64,000 nt of DNA, taken from positions 78,182,001-78,246,000 of the forward strand of contig OZ024744.1 in NCBI GenBank assembly GCA_964016885.1, in the 5' to 3' direction. The notes under the pieces are model-generated. The model saw only the letters and a program-made list of their open reading frames with translations. It was not told where the DNA came from and made no database searches. This document shows, one piece after another, positions 38,238-49,455 of this stretch. The translations under genes were made by a program, and so were the position numbers. Source of the DNA: Eledone cirrhosa (lineage: Eukaryota). Position 1 is the stretch's first letter; each line of letters opens with the position of its first letter.

Positions 38238-38582
38238 TCATCATCATTATTGTTTAATGTCTATTTTCCACGCTAGCATGGGTTAGACAGGTTGTCACAT
38301 TATAGGCAAGTTGGGTTGTGTCTTACTCATATAGAACTATTTCTGACTGTGTTTCTACGACTGGATTTCCTTCGTAACACCAACCACATTTACAGTGTGG
38401 GCTGGGTGCTTTTTGTCGTGACACCTACACGACCACTTTAAAATGTGGGCTGGGTGCTTTTTTTCATGATACCTACACGGCCACTTTAAAATGTAGGCTG
38501 GGTGCTTTTTGTTGTGACACCTACACGACCACTTTACAGTGTGGGCTGGGTACTTTTTGTCATGTAACCTACTCAACCACTT
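38238..38582 (-). mobile_element. RTE 3' UTR fragment with 44-bp tandem module
   Basis: about 4 copies of GTGGGCTGGGTGCTTTTTGTCGTGACACCTACACGACCACTTTA. Confidence 0.75.
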
Positions 38583-38697
38583 AGTTTCATTTTGATATTT
38601 TCAGGAAAAAAAAAATGTTGTTTACATTCAATGTTCTGGATTCATATTTAAATTTCTTTTCTTTCTATCTTTTTTGTGTCTTTCTTTTTAATAATAG

Positions 38698-38803
38698 GAT
38701 GATTTATGGCGACCAATGAACCATCTGAGTAAAACTGCTTGTGACAGGTTTATAGAAGACATGCAGCACCTCGGTTTCAATCAGATGTCCACATGTGTTT
38801 ATG
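38698..38803 (+). CDS. EXOC8: EXOC8 coding exon 8 in window
   Basis: aataatag| ... G|gtaaat; DDLWRPMNHLSKTACDRFIEDMQHLGFNQMSTCVY (cf. EEMWRRMNL); not in ORF track. Confidence 0.92.
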
Positions 38804-39534
38804 GTAAATGTTGTCTTGTATATTTTTTGTTTGTTTATATATGCTATTGTTGTTATTGTCCAGCATTAGGTCAACCCTTTATGGTGTAACCCTATGATAT
38901 ATATGTTAGTCTGTATATTATTAAAGTGCAACTTATAGATATATCTTCCCATTTATGTCATGTTTTTTTTGTTTGTTTTTGTTTATTGTCCTCCTCTACT
39001 TTCAATCTTTTCTATATTTCATCTGCCTGTCACCTACCTTGTGGATTGTCTCTCTGGCCACTGGTCTCTGTCTTCTGAGGCATTTTTGCCCAGAGCTGTC
39101 TAGGACAGCATTTAGCTGTTTTAACAGCTGTCCTAGCGATGAATTTTCTCATTTTTATACATATTTAATCAGATAACGTTTTTTTTTTGTTTTTTTTTGT
39201 GCCCAGCTGAGCAAAATACTGCACACTGTGACATGCAATGATGAATTATATGGAATATTTAGAACATTATTTAAAAAAAGGTTTTAATCTAAGGATGAAC
39301 ACTTTAATGCTTAACATCCTGTAATGATTTTAAAATATTTATCTAAAACCCAGTTTGTTAATTCAAATATTATTATTTCCTAGTAGATGCAGTTTTTGTT
39401 AAAATTTGCAGTATTTAATTTTTAAACTGATGCAGACTTATAGTGCTGGTACAGGATGTTAAAAGTTAAAATAAACAGTTTTATATCATAAAACCAGCTT
39501 TTGATTTCAGTTAGTTTGGTATCAAAAGGGTTAA

Positions 39535-39735
39535 CCCTTTAGCATTTAAACTGGCCATATCCAGCCAGAATTCTCTATCCTCTTTCTGTTCAAACCAGCT
39601 GTAACCGGTCACTCATACTGATGTTAAGGTATTGTTCTTAGAATAAATAATATCAAAATCTTGTAGATTCCATATTTTGTGAGTAAAGCCTTTACCATGA
39701 AAATATAATAGTAATGTAATGTAAATGCCAAAGGG
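39535..39735 (+). mobile_element. piggyBac-type MITE, complete
   Basis: TTAA|CCCTTTAGCATTTAAA ... GTAAATGCCAAAGGG|TTAA. Confidence 0.85.
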
Positions 39736-39795
39736 TTAAACATTATTCTGCCCAAAATCCACTATAAATTCTATTGTGTTTCCATTGTCTTTCAG

Positions 39796-39986
39796 ATGAC
39801 TGCTTTGTTAATTTGACAATTAATACTGTCCAGTTTACAAAAACAACTCTTATTTTTGTTGATGACACTTTGAAGATGTTCACTCCAGATCTTGGAGTCT
39901 ATATCAACAATGCTATTGCAGATATTTTCAAAGCTCATATTTTACACATTCAAAATTCCTTGAAACGTGCAAAATTTGCAAAAGAT
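39796..39986 (+). CDS. EXOC8: EXOC8 coding exon 9 in window
   Basis: tttcag| ... GAT|gtgagt; DDCFVNLTINTVQFTKTTLIFVDDTLKMFTPDL...KRAKFAKD (cf. DDCWVNLSYTVVAFTKQT). Confidence 0.95.
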
Positions 39987-40142
39987 GTGAGTATTTTTAT
40001 TTTATTTGTTATCATTAAAACTATTTCTGTTTCTTCTTTTCTCTGCCTTCAGCAGATTATTTTTCAAGAGCTCCTTCTGCTCCTGTATATTGCATGTCTC
40101 TATTTGCTAATTCTTTTTGTCAACAGCATCAAGCAACATACC

Positions 40143-40600
40143 TCTAAATGTGTTACTGGCTGAGGAGTCCTTTAACTTCCATATCCTTCTCCTCCAGGTT
40201 GCTCTCTGTTACCAGGTTCATCTAGTCCTAACTATAAGGTCGCTAACTACTAGGTTATGTAGGGAGGTGCATTCTTCACCATAGAGGGATTTTGTATATG
40301 CTACCATCGCTCTATCTCATCATCTGGTGAAGATAAAATCTATATCTATCTAGCTAGCATACTCACCTGATCGATAGGTGATCAAGTGATTGTCTGTTTT
40401 TTAAAGTTTGTGTTACAGATAGATAAATCATTGATGCCGCAGAATTCCAGGAGCCCGAAACTACGCTTCTCGTGCCAAACCTCAATCCTCCATGTACTCC
40501 ATAGAAGCCATCACAGTGTTGCCTAACATCTCCATTAAAGCCACCTGCAATTATTATGAAGTCACTGTCGCTTATTTGGGAAGTAGTGTATATTATGGAT
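40143..40600 (-). mobile_element. RTE APE-endonuclease fragment, degenerate
   Basis: similar to 46130-46600 (IAGGFNG, GFGTR, RLLEFC). Confidence 0.7.
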
Positions 40601-40822
40601 TTGTCAAACCTGTCTTTTAGTTTGTTTGACAGTCCAGATTGATATATATATATCTGTATGTGTGAGAGAGAGAGAGAGAAAAAGAGTTTTCTTGCTTAAC
40701 CTGTTTGCTATCCACTACCTGCCATGATTATACTATAATTATGGCAGATACCTTAGCATCGTCCATGAAGTTCATTTTTTCACTTTGAATTCTCTGTGGA
40801 TTGATAATATTTTGTACCAATA

Positions 40823-40914
40823 TTAGGACGGTCTACTGAAGAAAGCCATCGTCCTAACTTAGCTAATTATAAATTGATAAGGTTTTCCTTGGCTTGAAAC
40901 TGCGAGATATAGTT
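40823..40914 (+). ncRNA. Candidate type I hammerhead with loop II pseudoknot, in the last EXOC8 intron
   Basis: CTGAAGA 40836-42; stem II AAGCCA/TGGCTT; GAAA 40896-99; TTAGGACG/CGTCCTAA pairing; stems I and III weak. Confidence 0.45.
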
Positions 40915-41195
40915 AATGAGAGATTTACTTATTGTAATGTGAATATACTGCGTTTATCTGTTAAATGTTTAATTGCTTACTATGTCTCTGTATTTCTCTG
41001 GCCTAGTTCTATGTAATATGTTACAAGATGAAAGGCAAAGTTAACTTCAAATCCTGCCGAGGTTAACTTTGCCTTTCATCCTTACAGGGTCGATAAAATA
41101 AAGTACCAGTAATTCACTGGGACAATTGCTGGCCTTGTGCCAAAAGTAGAAATAATTATTAAATATTGTTGTTTCCATAATAATATCGTTTAGAG

Positions 41196-41709
41196 CAAGG
41201 GTCAGCAACCCCCAGCCTGCGAAGGATTTCTGTCTGGCCTGCCAACAGGTTTCAATCTTAGGCTAAGTGATCCCTGAAAAAGTGCTCTGAATTATTTTGG
41301 ATTAGAAACCAACTAGACAACATGTCTAGCCACAAGACTCACTTAGCTGAACGTAATGTTTTGTGTGACATTAACAAACAAACTCAAGACAGATAGTATT
41401 TCAATAAATAATTTACCATTTCTGTCAGTATTTTATTTGTTGTGAGGAATGTCATTAAAGTAATGTCACATTGTTCTTCTTTAAATCCCAGGATTAAGGT
41501 GGCTTTCTGGGCAGAGCAGTCTGACGTCAAGTAAATTTATTATATTTTGATGTTATGGCCCGCCATCAAGACACAGCATAGCTATGTGGCCCGCCGATGA
41601 GACACTGCATAGCAATGTGCCGCCGATGAGACACTACATAGCAATGTGCCGCCGATGAGATACTGCATAGCAATGTGGCCTGCACATCCCAAAAAGTTGC
41701 CAACCCCTG
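41196..41709. mobile_element. hAT MITE with internal tandem repeat of about 29 bp
   Basis: TIR CAAGGGTCAGCAACC / GTTGCCAACCCCTG; TSD GTTTAGAG / GTTTAGCA; about 4 x CCGCCGATGAGACACTGCATAGCAATGTG at 41559-41680. Confidence 0.8.
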
Positions 41710-41911
41710 GTTTAGCATATGCTCTGATTAATAGTTTTTTTTTAGTTTTTTTTTTGCATCTAATTTCATTAAGTTGTTATAGTAAAACAAGACCGAAATA
41801 TTGTTAGGGAGAGAAACCGACTGTAGAAACCAAGCGACAATACAGATCTATGTGAACAAGACATGGTCACTGACTTGTCACGTAACATGACAACCAGTCT
41901 AATCCATGATA

Positions 41912-42150
41912 TATCATCATCATCATCATCATCATCTGGCGGCCTCAGCCGAAATGGACTCCACAATTGATCTCCACGTGGGTCTGTCATTCATTGCCGT
42001 TGCCAAGTCCTGGATTTCAATACCAGAATCTCTGGAGATGACATCAGGGTGGGAGAGCTTGTGCCTCCTATTATTAGTGACTGCTTGCAGTTTCCAAAGC
42101 AAGAATGGAGACACAGCCTTGTAGATGGCACAATGGCAGTGGCCAGCAAA
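41912..42150 (-). mobile_element. LINE (RTE-like) extreme 3' end with (TGA)n tail
   Basis: ..LLWK..DVISRDSG..DLATAMNDRPTWRSIV, then (GAT)n. Confidence 0.55.
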
Positions 42151-42588
42151 TCTTACTCTCCTCTCCTCTCCTTACATACAACGACAGATATATACGTGGG
42201 AGGCCCGGCATATATCTTCCATGCTTGTATAGATTAGACGGGATGTCATGGTAGATAAGTAAGGTTAGGTGACCAGAACTTGATCATATAGATCTGTATA
42301 TGTATGTGTGCGTGTGGGTGTGGCCCATCTTTGATTTGACTTGAAAAAAAAATGTGTGTGTGTGTGTGAAGGCACATCGCTTAGTGGTTAGAACATCAGG
42401 CTTGAAATCATGAGGTTGTGAGTTTGATTCTCAGACCAGGCTTTGCATTGTGTTCTTGAACAAAACACTATATTCCAATTAATGATAAAGTCATTATAAC
42501 TACAAATAAAATTAAGTGAATATTTAATCACTGTTTAATTGATTTGCATTACTAATTTACTGATTTTCATTATTTCATTTTATTTCAG

Positions 42589-42747
42589 CAATCTTTCATA
42601 ATGAAGAATGCACAGTTCATCCTTGAAGAGTTTCTTGGAATTGTTGAAACATTCTACCGTGATAAAGATATTGTATTTCCCAAAGAACTGATTTCTGTAA
42701 ATAATGAATTTAGACGCTTGAAAACACTTGCTAAAAGTCTTAGCTAA
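42589..42747 (+). CDS. EXOC8: EXOC8 terminal coding exon with TAA stop
   Basis: tatttcag|CAA; QSFIMKNAQFILEEFLGIVETFYRDKDIVFPKELISVNNEFRRLKTLAKSLS* (cf. KAFIRQNASFL); the ten exons total 1374 nt = 457 codons + stop. Confidence 0.88.
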   Translation, partial: QSFIMKNAQFILEEFLGIVETFYRDKDIVFPKELISVNNEFRRLKTLAKSLS

Positions 42748-42788
42748 AATGGAAATTGAAAATTTGTGTGTGTGTGTGTGTATATATA

Positions 42789-42859
<71 letters not shown>

Positions 42860-43071
42860 ATATGTATGTACATGTATATCATTGTGTTTTGATGCCTGCT
42901 TTCACTGCTAGCAAATATATTTTAAATAGATAGTCCCCAACAGCTGAGCTCATGCCACTAGGCACTAATTGTTTACTATACCTAGACTCTACTTTCTCAA
43001 GTATCAAGTAGTTAGCTGAACATGTTTTTACTTGTCTAAACTAGTAACTCCCAATATATATATATATATAA

Positions 43072-44135
43072 CAAACTACACTTTCTGGCCACATCTGGGA
43101 CCTCCAAGATAATAATATAACCTACAATCTCACTTGGAGCTTACTGTCCAGAGCTAACTCTTACACGGGAGGACGCCGTCCGTGTAACTTATGCTCGGAG
43201 GAAACATTACAAATGCTGTTTTCGAAGGACCAACTCCTAAACAAGAAAGACAAACTGGTAACCGCATGCAAACACAGATTGCGTATGACTTACCTCGCCC
43301 TCAAACCCCCTAACGACCCGGGTGGATAGACAAGGGTTGATAACCCCCCACTTGCCAAATAAGTTAGGGGAAACCCCAGCTTACATAGGTAGATGGATCT
43401 CTTTTCTTTTCCTCTTTGTCTTCTTCCCCCTGTCTCATCCTATCACTTCCTTCCACCCCCTATTTTCTTCCTCGTCTGCTTTTCCCCTTTCGCCTACCCC
43501 GATGCAGCCCATCAGGCCTCTGTAGCATCAGTTCCCCCACCCCTGTAATTTTAAGATAGTAAAACGTATTCGGCCAATTCTAACTACTTATGGCAGATGT
43601 GTTAAAACTCCTTTAATTCTGTATCAGTTTTGTTACTACTTATTCTACAAGTTTTTTTCTATTCTCAACTTATTAACCTGTAATTGTAAGATAGCATTGT
43701 GATTTTTTTTATTCATTTCTCACTATCTAATTTTATATTTTTTTTTCTTTCTTTCTATTATCTTTTATTGTCTCCTACTCTCATTCGATTTACCTATTCT
43801 ATAACCTCCCTCCTATACTATATAACCTCCCTACACTATCCTTAGAATCTGCTGTATACATATCACCTTCAATGCTTGACCTGAACGCTCCACTCACTCC
43901 CTCATTGTTCTACAGGCAAGTTCAGCCACCTCTACCTCCCACCAAATGCATGATAGACTTATTTGTATTTACAACAAATTTTGACCAATTCTCTTGACAA
44001 CTACAATGTTCCCATATAAGGAAGTACCCCCTTGACAAGTTCGGCTATTTATTCACCAGGCTAAAAATTCTAATTTAGTCCAGAAATAGCCGTCGAAACG
44101 GCTTGAGCTCTGCCGTCGGGGTCATACTTTTTCCT
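43072..44135 (+). mobile_element. Penelope-like element 3' portion: GIY-YIG endonuclease C-terminus (43072-43329), 3' UTR and hammerhead
   Basis: open frame QTTLSGHIWDLQDNNITYNLTWSLLSRANSYTGGRRPCNLCSEETLQMLFSKDQLLNKKDKLVTACKHR..*; bounded by (TA)n on both sides. Confidence 0.8.
44027..44121 (+). ncRNA. Type I hammerhead ribozyme candidate with U3-A8 core
   Basis: CCCC-TTGACAA-G..CGGCTATTT/AAATAGCCG..C-GAAA-CGGC/GCCG-TC-GGGG; predicted cleavage after C44117. Confidence 0.65.
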
Positions 44136-44649
44136 ATATATATATATATGTGTGTGTGTATATATATATATATATAAATATATATAAAATAGGTGAATTG
44201 CCAATGTATATCTGGAGGTGACCATAGTTAAAAAAGGTACTCAATATAGGCATCTTTATTTTATTATAGAAATTTTCTTCTTCTTTGCTCACTTATTCAT
44301 GGGAGGGTCATGGCAGCAGAGTCCTTAAATGCTCCTTCCAGCAGGGCCTGTCAGAAGCAACCATCTCCAATCGATACACCTGGATCTCCAAGCGAGACCA
44401 GTCGAGCTCATGGATGTTTTCCAACCATCTTGCTTGGGGTCTCCCTTCAGATGGTTTTGCCCGTAAAATCTGTCCAGTGATTCTTTCCTGAGGCATTCTA
44501 ACCACATGCCCGTAGTATCGGAGCTGTGATTTCAATTCGGAGAAGTAATCGCTCTACCTGGAGTGACTCTGATCTTGGAGTTTCGCATCGTTTAATGTCT
44601 ATTTTTTCCACGCTAGCATGGCTTAGATGAGTTGTCTTGTGAGAAATGT

Positions 44650-46820
44650 CAGGTCAAGCTAGATGCCCTTCCTTTTTATACAGCTATCATTCTTTATACG
44701 CATCACATGTCCATACCAACGCAGTCTCCTCTCCTGCCACCTGCACACTGCATCCAATTCTCCTTATGCCTAGCTTCTTTCTCAGTTTATTTATTTATTT
44801 ATGCTTTGCCATTCACGTATATTATTATTACACATCCATCGGAGCATTCAGGTTTCATTTCTTTCCAATCTTCACAAGTCTTCTGCTCACAACACCTGGG
44901 TCTCACCACCGTGCAACATTGCTGTTGATATGCTCACATCATACAATCTGCCTTTCATATTGAGGGAAAAGCTTTTTGTAGCTAGCAGTGGTTGAATCTC
45001 CCTGAACTTCTTCCATCCCATTCTCACTCTGGCTACTGTACTTTCAGAACACCCACTTCTACTGCGAATTTGGTTACTCAAATGGCTGAAGCTGTCTACT
45101 GCTTCTACTGAACCTTCCCGGGATTTAATAGCACTTGTTTCCTGTGATCATTTGCTGCTTACCACTCCGGTTCAATGGCTACATTTAAAACCTACATTCT
45201 TAGGTAATCTTCCTGAGATCCCACTACATCTCTTGTGTACCCATAGTTTGCATTTGGGACAGAGATGGAATTTCTACCTACACCTTTCCTTCAAGCCACT
45301 CACAAACCACTCATCTACTAGTTTTCTAAGAGCCCACCAGATTATGACACTGGGCACTGTGTCAAAAGCTTTCTCCAGATCAACAAATGCCAAGTAGAGT
45401 AGCTTACTTTTAGCTAGGTTCTTTTCCTGTAGCTGCTTCACCAGGTAGAGAGCATCTGTGGTGCTTTTACCTAGTACAAATCTGAACTGCATCTCATTTT
45501 GCTGCACTATAAGTCCTTCTCCTTACCTTAATGACCTGATCCATCAACTTGATGCCTCTATCGTTTCCTCTATCTTATGCATCTCCTTTACCCTTGTAGC
45601 AGTTGACAATGATCTTGCTGTGCCCATCATTTGGTGTGACACCATTTAGTATTACTTGGTTTACAATACATGTGGTTACGGTGTGACCTACTGACCCAGA
45701 TGCTTTCTGGCTTGTTTCCTGGTCTTCATAACCTTAATTGCTCTACTTACTATAGTGCTGTCTTGTATGGCTGAGCCCTCTGTAGGATCCCCTTAGGGTA
45801 GGGTCTCTTTCTCCCTAGCATTCTCCTCATTCAGTAATCTTTCATAATGGCTCTTCCATACAGCTTTCTTTTCAGCATCTGTGAAGGCAAGTGTGCTTTT
45901 ATCATCACAGACACACTTCTCACCAATGACATAGCAATTTTCTCTAACACACTGTGCCTCGCAATCCTGAACACTTCATGTTTCTGGTCCTCACGCTGCA
46001 AAACTTACTTAAATTTTTTATCTTCTTCTTCCCTCCTTGCTAAGTATACTTGTCGCTTAGAAACTCCCAATGCTCTTCTATATTGAATGTCTCTATCTGT
46101 TCTTCCTTACTGTCATAGGCATTGAGCAAAATATCTCTAAATCTGTTACTGGCTGAGGGCTCTTTCAGCTTCCATATCCTTCTCCTCCAGGTTGCCCTCT
46201 GATTCCAGGTTTATCTAGTTCTGACAACGAAGGTCACTAACTACCAGATTATGTTGGGAGATGTATTCCTCGCCAGGGAAGGATTTCGTGTTTACCACGT
46301 CACTCTATCTCGTCCTCTGGTAAGGATAAAATCTATCTGGCTAGCATGTTCACAGATCTATAGGTGACCAGGTGGTTGTCAGGTTTTTTGAAGTTTGTGT
46401 TACATATCGATATGTCATTGGCATCACAGAATTCTAGGAGCCTGAAACCTTCTTCATTTCTTGCGCCAAACCCGAAACCTCCATAAACTCTGTAGAAGCC
46501 ATCACAGTGTTTTCCAAAATGTCCATTAAAGTCCCCCGCAATGATTAGGAACTCAGTCATCCATTAGCGCAATAGTATGCATTAGGGATTCGTAAAACCT
46601 ATCTTTGCGTCCATCTGTCAACTTAGATTGGGTTGCGTATGCAGATATAATTGTTGTCATCGTTCTATTTAGGACTAGTCAGAGTTTAATGATTGTGTTC
46701 ACTCTATTTACGGAGATTACATTAGCTACCCATTTGTCAGCTAATAAGATACCTAATCCCTCCAGTCCGTTGTCATTTCCCATCCAGAAAAATTTGTAGC
46801 ACTGTTTTTTGCCTACAAGG
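44650..46820 (-). mobile_element. Degenerate RTE LINE spanning APE endonuclease to RT C-terminus, with deletions
   Basis: FFWMGNDNGLEGLGILL, IIAGDFNGHFG, LLEFCDAND, AFVDLEKAFD, STVARVRMGWKKFRE. Confidence 0.88.
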
Positions 46821-48004
46821 AGTCTAGTTGACTCTCCTACCCACAATATAATTTCAATATAATTGTGTTGGTGAGGTTTTATGTTGTTCAGTAACTTATT
46901 CTCTAATTCACTAATATAGCATTTGGAAACAAACACATGCAGAAGACTAGAAAACTAGCTAGGGATTGCTTCTCATATCTATAATTTCATCTCTTCTTTC
47001 AGGCTATAGTTTGAAGATAAACGTTCTTGGTTTGTATTCTCATGTGAGTGTGCACTAGGAGGTATTTTATTGCACCAGCACTACTGTCTTACACGATAGA
47101 CTAGGTGCTTTTTCTTGTTGCCCCAGTACTACCCACCTTACAGAGTGGACTGGGTGCTTTTTGTCGTTGCCCGACTATGACTGCATTAGAGGGTAGACTG
47201 GGTGTTTTTTGTTGTTTCCACCTAAAAACATTTAATTCAACAAATGTTTCTATATCAATATCTGTTATAATAATGCCAATATCTGTTTTATGATGATGAT
47301 GATGATGATATATATATGTGTGCAACCAGTGCTTTGAGAAAACAACACCAAACTTCAGCACTGAGCATATAAAAAAAATCAAAATAACAGAAATAAGCTC
47401 TATTCCATCGTTATATTTTTCTGTTTTTTTTTCTGTTCAAATTCTAGCTGTCTAATGAAGTCATAGCTGTTGCATAATGGTTATCACCGAAATATATATA
47501 ACACCGAATATGAATAACCTATTGACTTACACTTCTTGTTTTTATATTTATTGAATTAGTAACTTCACTGTAGTTTTGACTACAGAAAATTAAAATACGG
47601 CAAAGTTGCTATTAAATCAATTCACTTTTAAAATTCCATCGCATTCTTCTTATCACATGATGTTTACACGCGCACACACATATCAATTCCAATCGGATTT
47701 TAAGCTTTGATAATAAATTATTTCTAAAGTTTTGTTATTCAATGTTGAAAATTAAGTACGATTTGTTCATTTGGAATATATTTATTTGATTTATCTTCTT
47801 GAATTATTTATATTGCGATTAAAAAATTAAATACTTAATTCTAATGGTTAATTAAAAAAATAATGCATTTACATTTTTGTGTGTTTCGTTGGTTTTTTTT
47901 CTTTTTGATTTTTATTGTAAAATAACAGGAAAATGAAACAAATTATATTTTTTGTCAGTTGTTGTAGAAAAATATTCATGTTAGCTTGCCAAATAAAGAG
48001 TCAG

Positions 48005-48700
48005 AAGGATCCTTCAGTCATGTCAAAGACACAACAACCTGTTTGGTGATCTACTCAATAAACCGAGCAAGTACATGCTGTAAAGTGGTTGGTGATAGGA
48101 AGGGCTTCCAGCTATAGAAAGCTTGCAAAACAATGGGTTGGGAGGACCCTTCAGCCATGTCAGAGACACAACAGCCTCCCTAGTTTTTGGTGATCTACAC
48201 AATAAACGCACTCAGTACATGCTGTAAAGTGTTTGGTGATAGGAAGGGTATCCGGCCCTAGAAAGCTTTCCAAACAAAGGGTAGGGAGGATCCATCAGTC
48301 ATGTCAAAGACACAACAGCCTCCCTAGTGTTTGGTGATCTACTCAATAAACCGAGCAAGTACATGCTATAAACTGGTTGGTGATAGGAAGGGCATCCAGC
48401 CCTAGAAAGCTTGCCAGACAAAGGGTAGGGAGGCTCCTTCAGTCATGTTAGACACGACAGCCTTCTAGTTTTTGGTGATCTACACAATAAACGCACCCAG
48501 TACATGCAGTAAAGTGGTTGGTGATAGGAAGGGCATCTAGTCATAGAAAGCTTGCCAAACAATCTCGTGTCAAGGAGATGGCAACCACCCTAGTGTTGGT
48601 GATCTACACGATAAATGGGCCCCTAAACATAAAATTCTTGCCAAACAAAGGGTTAGAAGGATGAACAGTTGTCAGAGACATGACAGCTTTTCCTGTGCTT
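48005..48700. repeat. Tandem repeat of about 143 bp (4-5 copies) containing RTE/SINE tail sequence
   Basis: CCTTCAGTCATG-like anchor near 48011, 48148, 48292 and 48436; each unit carries GGTTGGTGATAGGAAGGGCATCCAGC. Confidence 0.85.
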
Positions 48701-49455
48701 TCAGGTGTATGTGAGACCATTCATAAGCGAGACACTGACCCCTGGCCTGTCTAGGAGATAAGTAGCCCTGCTTCAGCACTGACTTGCTAATGATGTTAGC
48801 ATAGGATAGAGAAAGCTCTTTGGTCAAGTGAATGACCTGATAAAACCTGTAGTGCTACTAGCATAATAACCCCACAACCCCACCTCCATTTCACTCAGTA
48901 TGGTGGTAGATGTTAGAAAATGCATCCAACTGTGGATATCATGCCTATAGCCGAATGTATGTGAGACATAGCCTGTCTGGGATGACATCAGTTCTGATTA
49001 AGTACTGACATGGTTTCAAATACCCCCATCATCCAACCCATGCTAACATGAGAAAATGAATGTAAAATAATGATGATGATGATGATGATGAATTCTCTCA
49101 GCACTACCATCATTATCATCACCAACTATAATATGCATACCAATCTCCCCCCTCCACGCCACCGAAAGGAAAGCCAATGGCCATTACAGCTTGGCAACAG
49201 TAATGTCGCAAGTCATTTCTACATTTGAGTGAACTGGAGCAACATGAAATAAAGTGCCTTGCTCAAGTACACAACACATTGCCTAATCCGGGAATCAAAC
49301 TCACAACCTCATGATTATGAATCCAACTCTCTAACCACTAAGCCACATGCCTTCACACTGGCAACTCTAGAGAATATCAAATGCAGCACAAACCTATGAC
49401 ACACACACACAACAATCATCACCTCCAGTCTTACCAATGTTAAATGATGATGATG

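Noticed and set aside
43945-43990. SECIS element in the PLE 3' UTR (some Naiad-type PLEs encode selenoproteins)
   Set aside because: ATGA..TGA is present, but helix length and apical AA do not fit and the visible frame has no in-frame TGA; SECISearch would settle it
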